DNA of 64,000 nt, from positions 25,976-89,975 of IMG/VR virus record IMGVR_UViG_3300025816_000008. The stretch is one strand, 5' to 3'. Of the stretch, positions 21,441 to 31,427 are shown piece by piece; positions within the stretch are counted from its first letter, which is position 1, and the number at the start of each line of letters is the position of its first letter. A program made the translations under genes and the position numbers. The DNA comes from a virus. Below the pieces are notes generated by a model. That model did no database searches. It worked only from the letters and a program-made list of their open reading frames with translations, and was not told the origin of the DNA.

Positions 21441-22499
21441 ATGGCAAAGAATCATTTTTTTGCTGATAAGCCGGCAAATGAGCAAAATTTATATGAAGAT
21501 ATTATCATAGAATCTTTAAAGATCTATGGTCAAGATGTTTATTACATGCCGCGTGAAATCGTCAATGAAGATAAAATTTTTGGTGAAGATGTTCCATCTA
21601 AATTTTCAACCGCTTATAAAATTGAAATGTATATTGAGAATCAACAGGGATTTGATGGAGAAGGAGACCTCTTTACAAAGTTCGGCGTTGAGATTAGAGA
21701 TGCTGCAACATTTGTAGTTTCTAGAAGACGCTGGCGGCACACTATTCAGCAAAATAATAATACTATTAGTTCTGTACGCCCTCGAGAGGGTGATGTACTA
21801 TATCTCCCTTTATCTAATTCAATGTTTGAGATTATGCATGTTGAACACGAAATGCCATTTTATCAATTGAACAATGTTCCAACATATAATTTGCGGTGTG
21901 AGTTGTTTGTATATAGTGATGAAGATCTTGATACTGGAATAGAAATAATTGATGGTATTGAAAATGATGCAGCAAATGTAACGATTGTTCTTGATTCCGC
22001 AAGAGACCAAAATGGTGTACTAAAATCAGATACTCTATCCGATGAGGGTGGCGTTGATTTTTGGGTTGGTGAAACTGTGTATCAAATTGATTCGTCACTT
22101 AGATCTATTACTGGAAAACATCCTAGAATATTGGGTGAAGTTATTGAATATAGACCCGATATTAAAACACTAACACTCGGCCATATTAGTGTGGATAGTG
22201 CACTTGATTCTACCGGCACTGGCGTGACTGGATTAATTGGATTTACTGTTGGTAAGAAAATTATAAATGATAGGGTGAGTGATCAACATATATTCCCATT
22301 CAATGCATTCTACGGAAGAAACGTAGATTCAAATGCGTTCTTATATGCTAGAGTTAGAACTATTTTATCAATTGACGATGATACTGGGTATATTTCAAGT
22401 CAAAACGATACGTTTGATGCTAATAACCAAACTGGTACTCTTGTGGACTTTTTAGACTTCTCCGAAGGTAATCCGTTTGGCGATGCGGAGGACAATTAA
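21441..22499 (+). CDS. g14: Neck protein gp14 with C-terminal insertion
   Basis: ESLKIYGQDVYYMPRE, FTKFG, RPREGD and DFSEGNPFG motifs. Confidence 0.95.
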   Translation: MAKNHFFADKPANEQNLYEDIIIESLKIYGQDVYYMPREIVNEDKIFGEDVPSKFSTAYKIEMYIENQQGFDGEGDLFTKFGVEIRDAATFVVSRRRWRHTIQQNNNTISSVRPREGDVLYLPLSNSMFEIMHVEHEMPFYQLNNVPTYNLRCELFVYSDEDLDTGIEIIDGIENDAANVTIVLDSARDQNGVLKSDTLSDEGGVDFWVGETVYQIDSSLRSITGKHPRILGEVIEYRPDIKTLTLGHISVDSALDSTGTGVTGLIGFTVGKKIINDRVSDQHIFPFNAFYGRNVDSNAFLYARVRTILSIDDDTGYISSQNDTFDANNQTGTLVDFLDFSEGNPFGDAEDN

Positions 22500-23296
22500 T
22501 GTTTCAATATTTTTATCACGAAAGAATTAGAAAAGCTGTAGCAACGTTCGGTACAATATTTAATGATATCCATGTTCAAAGAACTAATAAAAATGGCGCT
22601 ATCATTGATCAAGTAAAAGTTCCATTGGCTTACGCTCCTAGAGCAAAATATTTAGAAAGAATTAGAGAAAATCCAACTCTTACTGAGGATACAAAGGTTG
22701 CGTTAAAGCTTCCTAGAATGTCATTTGAAATTACTTCGTTAGCATATGATGTAGAAAGAGTTTTGCCAAAAAATAATCATTATAATAAAGTACATGGGTC
22801 AAGTATTACTGAAGCAAATAAAATATATTCCCCAGCGCCTTATTCAATATTTTTCCAGTTAAACGTTTATGCTAAGTTACAGGATGATGCTCTACAGATT
22901 GTAGAGCAAATAGTTCCGTATTTTAATCCACAATATACTTTAACAATAAAACCATTTAATAATTTAAGTGACGTAAAAGAAGATGTACCAATTACTTTGC
23001 AGTCAATAGCGTTTACTGACGATTTTGAAGGATCTTTAGAACAAAGACGCACAATTATATACACCTTAGATTTTGGAATGAAAATTAATTTTCATGGACC
23101 ATTTAGACAAACTAAGATTATTAATAAAGCTATTACTAATATGCATATAGATAAAACTTCGTTGACCTCTACCGGAGCTGATTCTGATGGATTATACACA
23201 AGAGCTACTATCGTACCAAAACCTTTAAATGCGTCACCATTTAGTGATTTTGGATTTACAACTAATATGGAATATTTTGGCGACTCGTCACAATAA
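22499..23296 (+). CDS. g15: Tail sheath stabiliser/terminator gp15
   Basis: FGTIFNDI, KVPLAYAP, LPRMSFE and QIVEQIVPYFNP motifs. Confidence 0.95.
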   Translation: MFQYFYHERIRKAVATFGTIFNDIHVQRTNKNGAIIDQVKVPLAYAPRAKYLERIRENPTLTEDTKVALKLPRMSFEITSLAYDVERVLPKNNHYNKVHGSSITEANKIYSPAPYSIFFQLNVYAKLQDDALQIVEQIVPYFNPQYTLTIKPFNNLSDVKEDVPITLQSIAFTDDFEGSLEQRRTIIYTLDFGMKINFHGPFRQTKIINKAITNMHIDKTSLTSTGADSDGLYTRATIVPKPLNASPFSDFGFTTNMEYFGDSSQ

Positions 23297-23313
23297 TTTT
23301 AAAGGAAAATAAA

Positions 23314-23853
23314 ATGTTAACATTTAAAGCATATACTACGGCATTAGATGAAGGTAAAGTAGCTAATTTTGCCGGAAGAGCAGCAACAACAGCTGGTGGT
23401 TCATATGCGGGTGGTGTAGCCGGATCCTATGTTGGCGGTAAAATCGGCGGGCATTTAGCTAGATCTATGAGTCCAACTAGATATATTATGACTAAAGAAT
23501 TTGATCCTGCATATAAGGCTGGAAAAGCAGTAGGTTCAACTTTAGGCGGATATGTTGGTAATGCAGTAGGCGGACTAGCCGGCGATAAATTAGCAAAAAA
23601 AGTTATTCACCATAAAAAGAAACATATGAAAAAAGAAGATATTAATATGAGTACTGAATCATTTGGAGTTGGAGGTGTTTCAATGATGTCTCCATATGGG
23701 CCAAACCATAAACCTGGAGAAGAAACTCCAAAGCCAAGAAAATCAAAAGATATGGTTATACTGTCACCTCAGGCAAAAGCTGCAATGGCAGCACAACAAA
23801 GAGCCGCAACGTCAAGTCCTCAAGCTATGGCAAAAAGGATTGGGAAAAGATAA
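23314..23853 (+). CDS. Glycine-zipper protein, possible internal head (ejected) protein
   Basis: N-terminus MLTFKAYTTALDE resembles a T4 capsid-targeting/gp21 cleavage leader; GxxxG zipper segments; basic C-terminus. Confidence 0.5.
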   Translation: MLTFKAYTTALDEGKVANFAGRAATTAGGSYAGGVAGSYVGGKIGGHLARSMSPTRYIMTKEFDPAYKAGKAVGSTLGGYVGNAVGGLAGDKLAKKVIHHKKKHMKKEDINMSTESFGVGGVSMMSPYGPNHKPGEETPKPRKSKDMVILSPQAKAAMAAQQRAATSSPQAMAKRIGKR

Positions 23854-24245
23854 TGTCCGATTGGAAAAAGTCAGACAATTTACCGGATGATGACTTTGAT
23901 TATTCTCGTAGAACTTATTACGATTTAATCGAAAAAGGTAATGCTGCACTTGAAGATATGATTGAAGTAGCTAGAGCTTTAGAACACCCTCGAGCTTTTG
24001 AAGTTGTGTCTGGTATGATTAAAAATGTTTCAGATGTAAACGATAGACTTATGGATTTACATAAGAAAAAGAAAGAATTTGAAAAGAAAGATGTTTTGCA
24101 GGTGACAGCTCCTGAGGGAACCACAAATAATTTATTTGTAGGATCTACAGTAGATTTGCAAAGAATGTTACAAGATATGAATAACTCTGTTAAGAATGAT
24201 AACGTAATTGATATTACAGATAGATTAGATGATGGAAAAGAATGA
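23853..24245 (+). CDS. g16: Terminase small subunit gp16
   Basis: DFDYSRRTYY, HPRAFEV and NNLFVGST motifs. Confidence 0.95.
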   Translation: MSDWKKSDNLPDDDFDYSRRTYYDLIEKGNAALEDMIEVARALEHPRAFEVVSGMIKNVSDVNDRLMDLHKKKKEFEKKDVLQVTAPEGTTNNLFVGSTVDLQRMLQDMNNSVKNDNVIDITDRLDDGKE

Positions 24246-25851
24246 TTCTTATTTAGGCAACCCAAGTGTTAAACGTGATGGTGTTGTTACTAATTGGACA
24301 AATGATGAAGTTAAAGAATATGCTAAATGCATGCAAGATCCTGCATATTTTGCGAGAACATATTGTAAAGTAATTCACCTTGATAAAGGTTTAGTTCCAT
24401 TTGATCTATACCCGTATCAAGAAAAAATGTTTAATCATTTTAATACAAATAGATTTAATATTGTTTTAGCATGCCGGCAATCTGGTAAATCTATTTCATC
24501 AGTGGCATATCTACTTTGGTTTGCACTTTTTAATAGCGAAAAAGTTATTGCCGTTATGGCAAACAAAGGTGCTACCGCTCGTGAGATGCTTGGAAGAGTT
24601 ACACTCATGCTAGAAAACTTACCATTCTTTTTACAGCCTGGATGCAAAGCTCTTAATAAAGGATCTATTGAATTTAGTAATAATTCAAGGATTGTTGCTG
24701 CTGCGACATCGGGATCATCTATTCGTGGTATGTCTGTTAACCTACTCTATCTCGATGAGTTTGCATTTGTTGAACGAGCAGCAGAGTTTTATACATCAAC
24801 TTATCCAGTTGTATCATCTGGTAAAGATACAAAAGTTATTATTACATCTACAGCAAACGGTTTAGGTAATGTTTTTCATAAATTATGGGAAGGTGCAATA
24901 CAAGAAACAAATGAATTTATTCCATTTAGAGTTGACTGGTGGGACGTTCCAGGAAGAGACGAAGAATGGAAAAAAGCTACAGTAGCTAATACTTCGCCTG
25001 TACAATTTGATCAAGAGTTTGGAAACACATTCTTTGGTACTGGTGATACTCTTATTAATGCTAATACTCTGCTTGAATTAAGAAGACACGCCCCGCTAAG
25101 AATTTCTAAAGATGAAGTAAAAGTTTATAATGATCCAATTAAAGATCACAATTACGTGATGTTAGTTGATGTTGCTAAAGGAAGAGGACAGGACTATAGT
25201 ACTTTTAGTGTAATCGATATTAGCGCGGAGCCGTTTAAGCAGGTTGCTGTATATCGCAATAATCTTATCTCTCCCCTCCTCTTCCCTAATATTATATATA
25301 AGTATGCAAATTCCTATAATCAAGCGATGGTTGTAATAGAATCAAATGATGCTGGAATGGTTGTGTGTAATGGTTTATATCATGATTTAGAATATGAAAA
25401 TATGTTTGTTGAATCATCTATTAAAGCAGATGCACTTGGTATTCTTATGACTCGTAAAGTAAAACGAATTGGATGTTCTTCATTTAAAGATTTACTAGAA
25501 AATAATAAACTTGAAATTGTAGATGAAGATACAATCATAGAAATTTCTACATTTACTGCAAGAGGCCAGTCGTATGAAGCATCAGATGGTAATCATGATG
25601 ATATTGTTATGAATTTAGTTATGTTTGGATATTTTGCCGGTACTAGTGCATTTGGTGAATTAACTGATATTAGTATACGAGATCTTATGTTTCAACAGAG
25701 AATGAAAGAAATAGAAGATGATGTTTTGGATTGGGGATTCGTCGACGATGGATTAGGACCAGCTCCTATAACAACTCCAGCTGATACACCTTGGGCACTA
25801 GATCCGTTAGATCGAGGCATTCAAATTGAAGAATGGGGTAATAAGTGGTAG
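24229..25851 (+). CDS. g17: Terminase large subunit gp17
   Basis: RQSGKS Walker A, LLYLDEFAF Walker B, ITST, and HDD nuclease motifs. Confidence 0.97.
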   Translation: MMEKNDSYLGNPSVKRDGVVTNWTNDEVKEYAKCMQDPAYFARTYCKVIHLDKGLVPFDLYPYQEKMFNHFNTNRFNIVLACRQSGKSISSVAYLLWFALFNSEKVIAVMANKGATAREMLGRVTLMLENLPFFLQPGCKALNKGSIEFSNNSRIVAAATSGSSIRGMSVNLLYLDEFAFVERAAEFYTSTYPVVSSGKDTKVIITSTANGLGNVFHKLWEGAIQETNEFIPFRVDWWDVPGRDEEWKKATVANTSPVQFDQEFGNTFFGTGDTLINANTLLELRRHAPLRISKDEVKVYNDPIKDHNYVMLVDVAKGRGQDYSTFSVIDISAEPFKQVAVYRNNLISPLLFPNIIYKYANSYNQAMVVIESNDAGMVVCNGLYHDLEYENMFVESSIKADALGILMTRKVKRIGCSSFKDLLENNKLEIVDEDTIIEISTFTARGQSYEASDGNHDDIVMNLVMFGYFAGTSAFGELTDISIRDLMFQQRMKEIEDDVLDWGFVDDGLGPAPITTPADTPWALDPLDRGIQIEEWGNKW

Positions 25852-25870
25852 GCTTCTAAAATCAAATGTA

Positions 25871-25878
25871 TATAAATA
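25871..25878 (+). promoter_or_regulatory. Late promoter TATAAATA upstream of g18
   Basis: Exact consensus. Confidence 0.8.
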
Positions 25879-25943
25879 TAACTAATTGAACATAACCGTA
25901 TTATGAAACTTATAATTTCTATTAGATTGGAAAAGGAAACGAC

Positions 25944-27692
25944 ATGGCAATATACACACCATCAGAGTCTCCGGCAGTAGTTACAAGAGAAATTGACTTA
26001 ACAAATGGCGTACCCAACGTACCTACTTCTACAGGTGTTATTGTGGGCGATTTTCGTTGGGGTCCATGTAACGAACCGATTCTCGTAAACAATGAAGGAA
26101 CACTAGTAGCCACATTTGGAACACCAGATGACACAACTACAGTCGACTTTCATAGTGCCGCTTATTATTTGAGATACTCTAATGATCTTCTGGTCATAAG
26201 AGCTATGGACTCAGATACAGGCAAAAACGCGTTTGAAACTGGCGGGACTAGAACAGCACCAACAGTTGAAAATCAAGCAGAATTTGAAGCCACAGAGGGT
26301 GCTCTAGATTCTGATACTCATACATTTATAGCTAAATATCCGGGTGCCTTGGGCAATAGTATATCAATAGAAGTAGTTGGATCAAATCAAAATACTCCCG
26401 CTACTGTAGGATATCACTTAGATTTTGATGCTTGGGCATATAAAAATAATTTTGATACCGGACCAGGTACATCAGCGCATACCGCTAGTATTGGTGGTAC
26501 AAATGATGAAGTTCATGTAATTGTTAAAGATACAACCGGAGAGCTTAGCGGAACTAAAAATACAGTTCTAGAAACATATCCATATGTTTCACAAGCTAAA
26601 GGTGCTCAAAATGCTGATGGAACTAATAACTATATTGTAGATGTTATTAATCAAAGATCACAGTATATTAAAATGATAAACTTTGCATCTGGATTTGGTA
26701 CTGGTGCTGGTGCTGCAGCTACTTCAACATCAAATATGAAACTAGCAGCAAAGATTACAACTAACTTAACTGGTGGAGCTAACTCTGGTATTCCTGGAAC
26801 TGATGACTGGATAAATGGATATAATACGGTTGAAGATACTGCTCAGTATTTAATCGATTTTCTTATCGCACCAAGTCTAAATAGTTCTACTGATCATACG
26901 ACTTTAGTCAATCATTTAGTTACTATTGCTGGATCGACTAGAAAAGATTGTATGGTATTTGCATCTCCAAATAGATCTGCGGTTGTTAATAGCCCAGCAA
27001 CAGCAAATGCTAATATTCTTACCGGAGTTGCTAACTTTACACGAAGTTCATATCTATCTGTAGATAACAACTTCTTGAAAGTATATGACAAATATAACGA
27101 TAAATATATCTTTATTCCAGCGGCTTCATCTACTGCTGGCTTATGCGCAGCTACTGATAACAATTTTGCTCCTTGGGTGTCACCAGCCGGTACTCGAAGG
27201 GGTCAATATTTTGGCGTAACTGGACTAGCTTATTCACCAAACAAATCTCAAAGAGATCAGCTTTATAGAGCTGGTATTAACCCGGTTACTAATATACCAG
27301 GAAATGGGATTCTGTTATTTGGTGATAAAACACACTTAGACAGGCCATCAGCATTTGACAGAATTAATGTTCGTAGACTCTTCTTGGTTATCGAAAGAGC
27401 CATTGCAGAAGCTGCTAAAAATATTCTGTTCGAATTCAATGATGAATTTACGAGGGCAGAATTCGTAAATATTGTTGAACCACTTTTGAGAGATATAAAG
27501 GGTCGAAGAGGTATTACAGATTTTAGGCTAGTTGCCGACGAAACTAATAACACCCCATCGATTATTGATACAAATCAATTTGTAGCAAGTCTCTTTATTA
27601 AACCAGCACGGTCCATTAACTTCATCACTCTTAACTTCGTTGCAGTTCGCACGGGCGTTTCGTTTGAAGAAGTTGTTGGTCAGGCTACATAA
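25944..27692 (+). CDS. g18: Contractile tail sheath gp18
   Basis: SPAVVTREID, PWVSPAG, FDRINVRRLF and IKPARSINFI motifs. Confidence 0.97.
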   Translation: MAIYTPSESPAVVTREIDLTNGVPNVPTSTGVIVGDFRWGPCNEPILVNNEGTLVATFGTPDDTTTVDFHSAAYYLRYSNDLLVIRAMDSDTGKNAFETGGTRTAPTVENQAEFEATEGALDSDTHTFIAKYPGALGNSISIEVVGSNQNTPATVGYHLDFDAWAYKNNFDTGPGTSAHTASIGGTNDEVHVIVKDTTGELSGTKNTVLETYPYVSQAKGAQNADGTNNYIVDVINQRSQYIKMINFASGFGTGAGAAATSTSNMKLAAKITTNLTGGANSGIPGTDDWINGYNTVEDTAQYLIDFLIAPSLNSSTDHTTLVNHLVTIAGSTRKDCMVFASPNRSAVVNSPATANANILTGVANFTRSSYLSVDNNFLKVYDKYNDKYIFIPAASSTAGLCAATDNNFAPWVSPAGTRRGQYFGVTGLAYSPNKSQRDQLYRAGINPVTNIPGNGILLFGDKTHLDRPSAFDRINVRRLFLVIERAIAEAAKNILFEFNDEFTRAEFVNIVEPLLRDIKGRRGITDFRLVADETNNTPSIIDTNQFVASLFIKPARSINFITLNFVAVRTGVSFEEVVGQAT

Positions 27693-27709
27693 GGGGATAG
27701 GAGAATAAA

Positions 27710-28264
27710 ATGGCAATTTTAGGTGTAGACCAATTTAAAGCAAAATTAGCAGGTGGAGGCGCTCGCCCGAATCTGTTTAAAATCACTCTCGCTTATCCAA
27801 GAATCATGACTGGTGATGTTGAACTAACATCGTTTATGTGTAATGCCGGACAACTACCGGCATCAACCATGGCGACGGTTTTAATTCCGTACAGAGGTAG
27901 ACAAACGTTTATGGCTGGTGACAGAACATTTGATCCTTGGAGCGTTAACGTAATCAACGATACTAACTTTGAAGTAAGACGTAGTATGGAAACTTGGATG
28001 AACTCCATGAATGCGCACCAGTCAAACACTGGTGTAACTTCTCCATTAGATTATACTGCTGATCTTACAGTAGATCAATTAGATAAGAATGAAACAATAC
28101 TTTATACTTATAAATTTAGAGGTTGTTTCCCAACTAACGTTTCAGCTATTCAGCTTTCTTATGCAACTAATGATCAAATCGAAGAGTTTTCAGTTGATTT
28201 TAGGATTGATTACTGGGAGAGTTTCTCTGGCGGAGAAGCTAGTGGTGCAAAAGTTACTTCTTAA
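27710..28264 (+). CDS. g19: Tail tube gp19
   Basis: GGGARPNLF, AGDRTFDPW and IEEFSV motifs. Confidence 0.95.
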   Translation: MAILGVDQFKAKLAGGGARPNLFKITLAYPRIMTGDVELTSFMCNAGQLPASTMATVLIPYRGRQTFMAGDRTFDPWSVNVINDTNFEVRRSMETWMNSMNAHQSNTGVTSPLDYTADLTVDQLDKNETILYTYKFRGCFPTNVSAIQLSYATNDQIEEFSVDFRIDYWESFSGGEASGAKVTS

Positions 28265-28298
28265 TTGAGTAATAAATAGTACTAATTGAAAGGGTACA

Positions 28299-28320
28299 GG
28301 GGGGAATTGATCCCCCCTTA
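28299..28320 (+). terminator. GC hairpin between g19 and g20
   Basis: GGGGGAA-TTGA-TCCCCC inverted repeat; weak U-tract. Confidence 0.5.
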
Positions 28321-28343
28321 CTATAGTTATTAAAGGATTAATT

Positions 28344-29975
28344 ATGGCAGACAATAATAACACGATAAAGCTTTTTGGTTTTGAAATCAAAAGAGCTGGA
28401 TCGAAAGATAAAGATGAAAAGCTTAAATCAGTTGTCACCGCAAAAGATGATGACGGTGCAGGTTACGTAACTGCGTCAGGGGCTGGACATTATGGTCAGT
28501 ATGTTGATATTGATGGAACTGGAGCCAAAGATAATTATCAATTAATAATGAAATATCGTGGAGTTTCTGAGCATCCAGAATGTGATGCAGCTATTGAAGA
28601 TATTGTTAATGAATCAATCGTTATTGACGATGAGACACCAGGTGTTAGTCTTGTATTAGATGATATTGAAGCTAGTGGGAAAATTAAAAACGAGATTACA
28701 GAAGAATTTTCTAATATTTTAAGAATGTTAAATTTTGCAGAAGATGGCCATGATATCTTCCGAAGATGGTATATTGATGGAAAAATTTATCATCACTTAG
28801 TGGTAGATCCAAGTAATGAAAAAGTCGGTATTCAAGATATTCGATTTATTGATGCTCCAAAAATGCGTAAAGTAAAAGAGATTAAGAAGAAAAAAGATCA
28901 GCTAACAAATGCTGATATTATTGAAAATGTAAAAGAATATTATGTATATCAAGAAGCTCCTGGAGGACAGCATAAACAGGCAGTAAAATTTACTGAAGAT
29001 TCTATTAGTTATCTTACTTCAGGATTACTTGATCATCAAAGAAAGAAGGTTCTTTCGCATTTACAAAAGGCTATTAAGCCAGTTAATCAATTAAGAATGA
29101 TGGAAGACTCGCTTGTCATTTATAGACTAGCTCGAGCACCGGAGAGAAGAATTTTTTATATTGATGTTGGCAACCTTCCGAAGGGTAAAGCCGAAGAATA
29201 CATGAAAAATATTATGGCTAAATATCGTAATAAACTAGTATACGATGCTAATACAGGTGACTTACGAGATGATCGTAAACATATGTCAATGCTTGAGGAT
29301 TTTTGGTTACCACGCCGAGAAGGTAATAGAAGTACTGAGATTTCAAGTCTTCCAGGTGGCGATAACCTAGGACAGATTGATGACATCATTTACTTTCAAA
29401 AACGTTTATATAAGTCTCTTAATGTTCCAATCGCACGGTTAGAACAAGAAAGTCAGTTTTCATTAGGACGATCAACTGAAATCAGTAGAGACGAAGTAAA
29501 ATTTCAAAAGTTTATTGATAGACTTCGCAATAGGTTTTCTCAATTGTTTCTTCGAATTCTTGCTAAACAGCTTGTACTTAAGAAAGTTATAACTGAAGCT
29601 GATTGGTCTAAGTGGGAAAGAGATATTAAAATTGATTATAATAAAGATAATCATTTTGCCGAATTAAAAGAGACAGAAATTCTAAAAGAAAGACTTGGTA
29701 CACTTGACATGGTTAACCCATATGTTGGAGACTATTTCACTAAAGATTGGATTATGAAAAAAGTTCTTAAATTAAGTGAAGAAGAAATGAAAGACTTAGA
29801 GGACGAAGTAGAAAAAGAAAACGAAGAAAATGCAAATCAAATGGCTCAACAGCAGCCAGAGATGGATCCTAACCAGCAGATGCCACAAGAAGATCCAAAT
29901 CAAATGGCTCAACAGCAGCCACAGGCACCGCCTCAAGGTCAAAATGTAGTTGCTGCGCGTAAACAATCTAAATAA
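28344..29975 (+). CDS. g20: Portal protein gp20 with Gln/Pro-rich tail
   Basis: IYRLARAPERRIFYIDVGNLP and EDFWLPRREG motifs. Confidence 0.97.
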   Translation: MADNNNTIKLFGFEIKRAGSKDKDEKLKSVVTAKDDDGAGYVTASGAGHYGQYVDIDGTGAKDNYQLIMKYRGVSEHPECDAAIEDIVNESIVIDDETPGVSLVLDDIEASGKIKNEITEEFSNILRMLNFAEDGHDIFRRWYIDGKIYHHLVVDPSNEKVGIQDIRFIDAPKMRKVKEIKKKKDQLTNADIIENVKEYYVYQEAPGGQHKQAVKFTEDSISYLTSGLLDHQRKKVLSHLQKAIKPVNQLRMMEDSLVIYRLARAPERRIFYIDVGNLPKGKAEEYMKNIMAKYRNKLVYDANTGDLRDDRKHMSMLEDFWLPRREGNRSTEISSLPGGDNLGQIDDIIYFQKRLYKSLNVPIARLEQESQFSLGRSTEISRDEVKFQKFIDRLRNRFSQLFLRILAKQLVLKKVITEADWSKWERDIKIDYNKDNHFAELKETEILKERLGTLDMVNPYVGDYFTKDWIMKKVLKLSEEEMKDLEDEVEKENEENANQMAQQQPEMDPNQQMPQEDPNQMAQQQPQAPPQGQNVVAARKQSK

Positions 29976-29999
29976 AATGATAACTCAAAGATTAAAAAG

Positions 30000-30007
30000 T
30001 ATAAATA
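30000..30007 (+). promoter_or_regulatory. Late promoter TATAAATA
   Basis: Exact consensus before the prohead core genes. Confidence 0.75.
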
Positions 30008-30031
30008 TAACTAAAGCAATTGGAGAATAAC

Positions 30032-30289
30032 ATGGATCCCGAACTTGAAATTGATGATGAAATTGAAACTACAGCAGAAGAAGATATGGATATTGATGAA
30101 ACAGAAGAAGAACAAAATCCAATATTAGATATGGTAAATGCTATTGGTGAAGAGGATTATAGTTCGGCTGCAGATATATTTTCTTCATCATTAAATGATA
30201 GATTAAATGATGCAATTGAGCAATCTAGAGTTAATATAGCTTCAAGTATGTATGGGAACGAACAGGAAACAGTAGATGCAGACATTTAA
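30032..30289 (+). CDS. Prohead core protein gp67-like (acidic)
   Basis: Acidic small ORF after the portal gene; the SD GGAG favours the ATG at 30032. Confidence 0.65.
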   Translation: MDPELEIDDEIETTAEEDMDIDETEEEQNPILDMVNAIGEEDYSSAADIFSSSLNDRLNDAIEQSRVNIASSMYGNEQETVDADI

Positions 30290-30488
30290 AGATCTAAAAG
30301 GTAAACTTTTACTTGGATCTACAATTGTTAAAAAAGTAAAGATTGACCGCAAAAATGTAGTCATTCATAAACTTGCACATAATAAATTTAAAACAATGAT
30401 TGACGGCGATGAATTAGACACATATCCAAATGAAAAAGAAGCTATGGCAATGGCTAAAGAATTCATTAAGCAGTATAAAGGAAGATAA
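30276..30488 (+). CDS. Small basic prohead-region protein (gp68-like position)
   Basis: Synteny only; MQTFKDL leader. Confidence 0.45.
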   Translation: MQTFKDLKGKLLLGSTIVKKVKIDRKNVVIHKLAHNKFKTMIDGDELDTYPNEKEAMAMAKEFIKQYKGR

Positions 30489-30489
30489 T

Positions 30490-30759
30490 ATGACAATGGT
30501 TACACTCATGGGTTCAGAAGTAAATGCGGCTATTACGCATGGAGCTGCAACCAATCTTTCCAGCGCAAAATGTGTAAGGGTATTCAATAGCCATACTGCT
30601 AGTCTTTTAGTAACACGTTGTACAGCAGCGGGTGTTACTATTGGAACTGCTACTATTGGACCAAAAGAAGTAATTTACTTATATAAAAATTCTGACGAGA
30701 AAATATTCGCGGCAGCAACAACAGTTAAATTAGTGCCAGTTGGATATCTTGGAGGATAA
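30490..30759 (+). CDS. Hypothetical head-region protein
   Basis: ORF between the core genes and g21; ATG at 30490 after GGAAG. Confidence 0.55.
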   Translation: MTMVTLMGSEVNAAITHGAATNLSSAKCVRVFNSHTASLLVTRCTAAGVTIGTATIGPKEVIYLYKNSDEKIFAAATTVKLVPVGYLGG

Positions 30760-30761
30760 AA

Positions 30762-31412
30762 ATGAAATTAATTGCAGAATACCAAGATCAAGAAATATCT
30801 TATATGACAGAAGCTACCGAAGCCGGTGGAAAAAATCATGTGATTAAAGGTATTTTTGCGCAAGCTGAAAGCAAGAACCGTAATGGTAGGATTTATCCAA
30901 GACCGGTTATGGAAAAAGCAGTAGCAAAGTATAATAAGGAACAAATAATTCCTAAGAGAGCAGTCGGTGAATTGAACCATCCAGATGGTCCCACTGTAAA
31001 CTTAGACAAAGTATCCCATCGCATTACCGAACTAAATTGGGACGGTAATAACGTGATGGGTAAGGCACTTATATTAGACACTCCGATGGGGCAGATCGTT
31101 AAAGGTTTACTCGATGGTGGCGTTCAACTAGGTGTATCAACTCGTGGTATGGGAAGTCTAGAGAATCGTAATGGAACCAACTATGTAAAAGATGATTTTA
31201 TGTTAGCAACGGTTGACATTGTTCAAGATCCATCCGCCCCAGAAGCTTTTGTTAATGGCATTATGGAGGGGGTCGATTGGGTATGGAACAATGGTGTGAT
31301 AGAAGCTCAAGACATTGAAAAGATTGAGACTGAAATTAAGAAAGCTCCACGATCGGGATTGTATGAAGTACAAACTCGTGAGTTTAAGAATTTCCTCTCG
31401 TTGCTTAAATAA
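30762..31412 (+). CDS. g21: Prohead protease gp21
   Basis: NRNGRIYP, GELNHP, GVSTRGMGS and DIVQDPSAP motifs. Confidence 0.97.
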   Translation: MKLIAEYQDQEISYMTEATEAGGKNHVIKGIFAQAESKNRNGRIYPRPVMEKAVAKYNKEQIIPKRAVGELNHPDGPTVNLDKVSHRITELNWDGNNVMGKALILDTPMGQIVKGLLDGGVQLGVSTRGMGSLENRNGTNYVKDDFMLATVDIVQDPSAPEAFVNGIMEGVDWVWNNGVIEAQDIEKIETEIKKAPRSGLYEVQTREFKNFLSLLK

Positions 31413-31427
31413 TAGAGGAGTCAAAAC

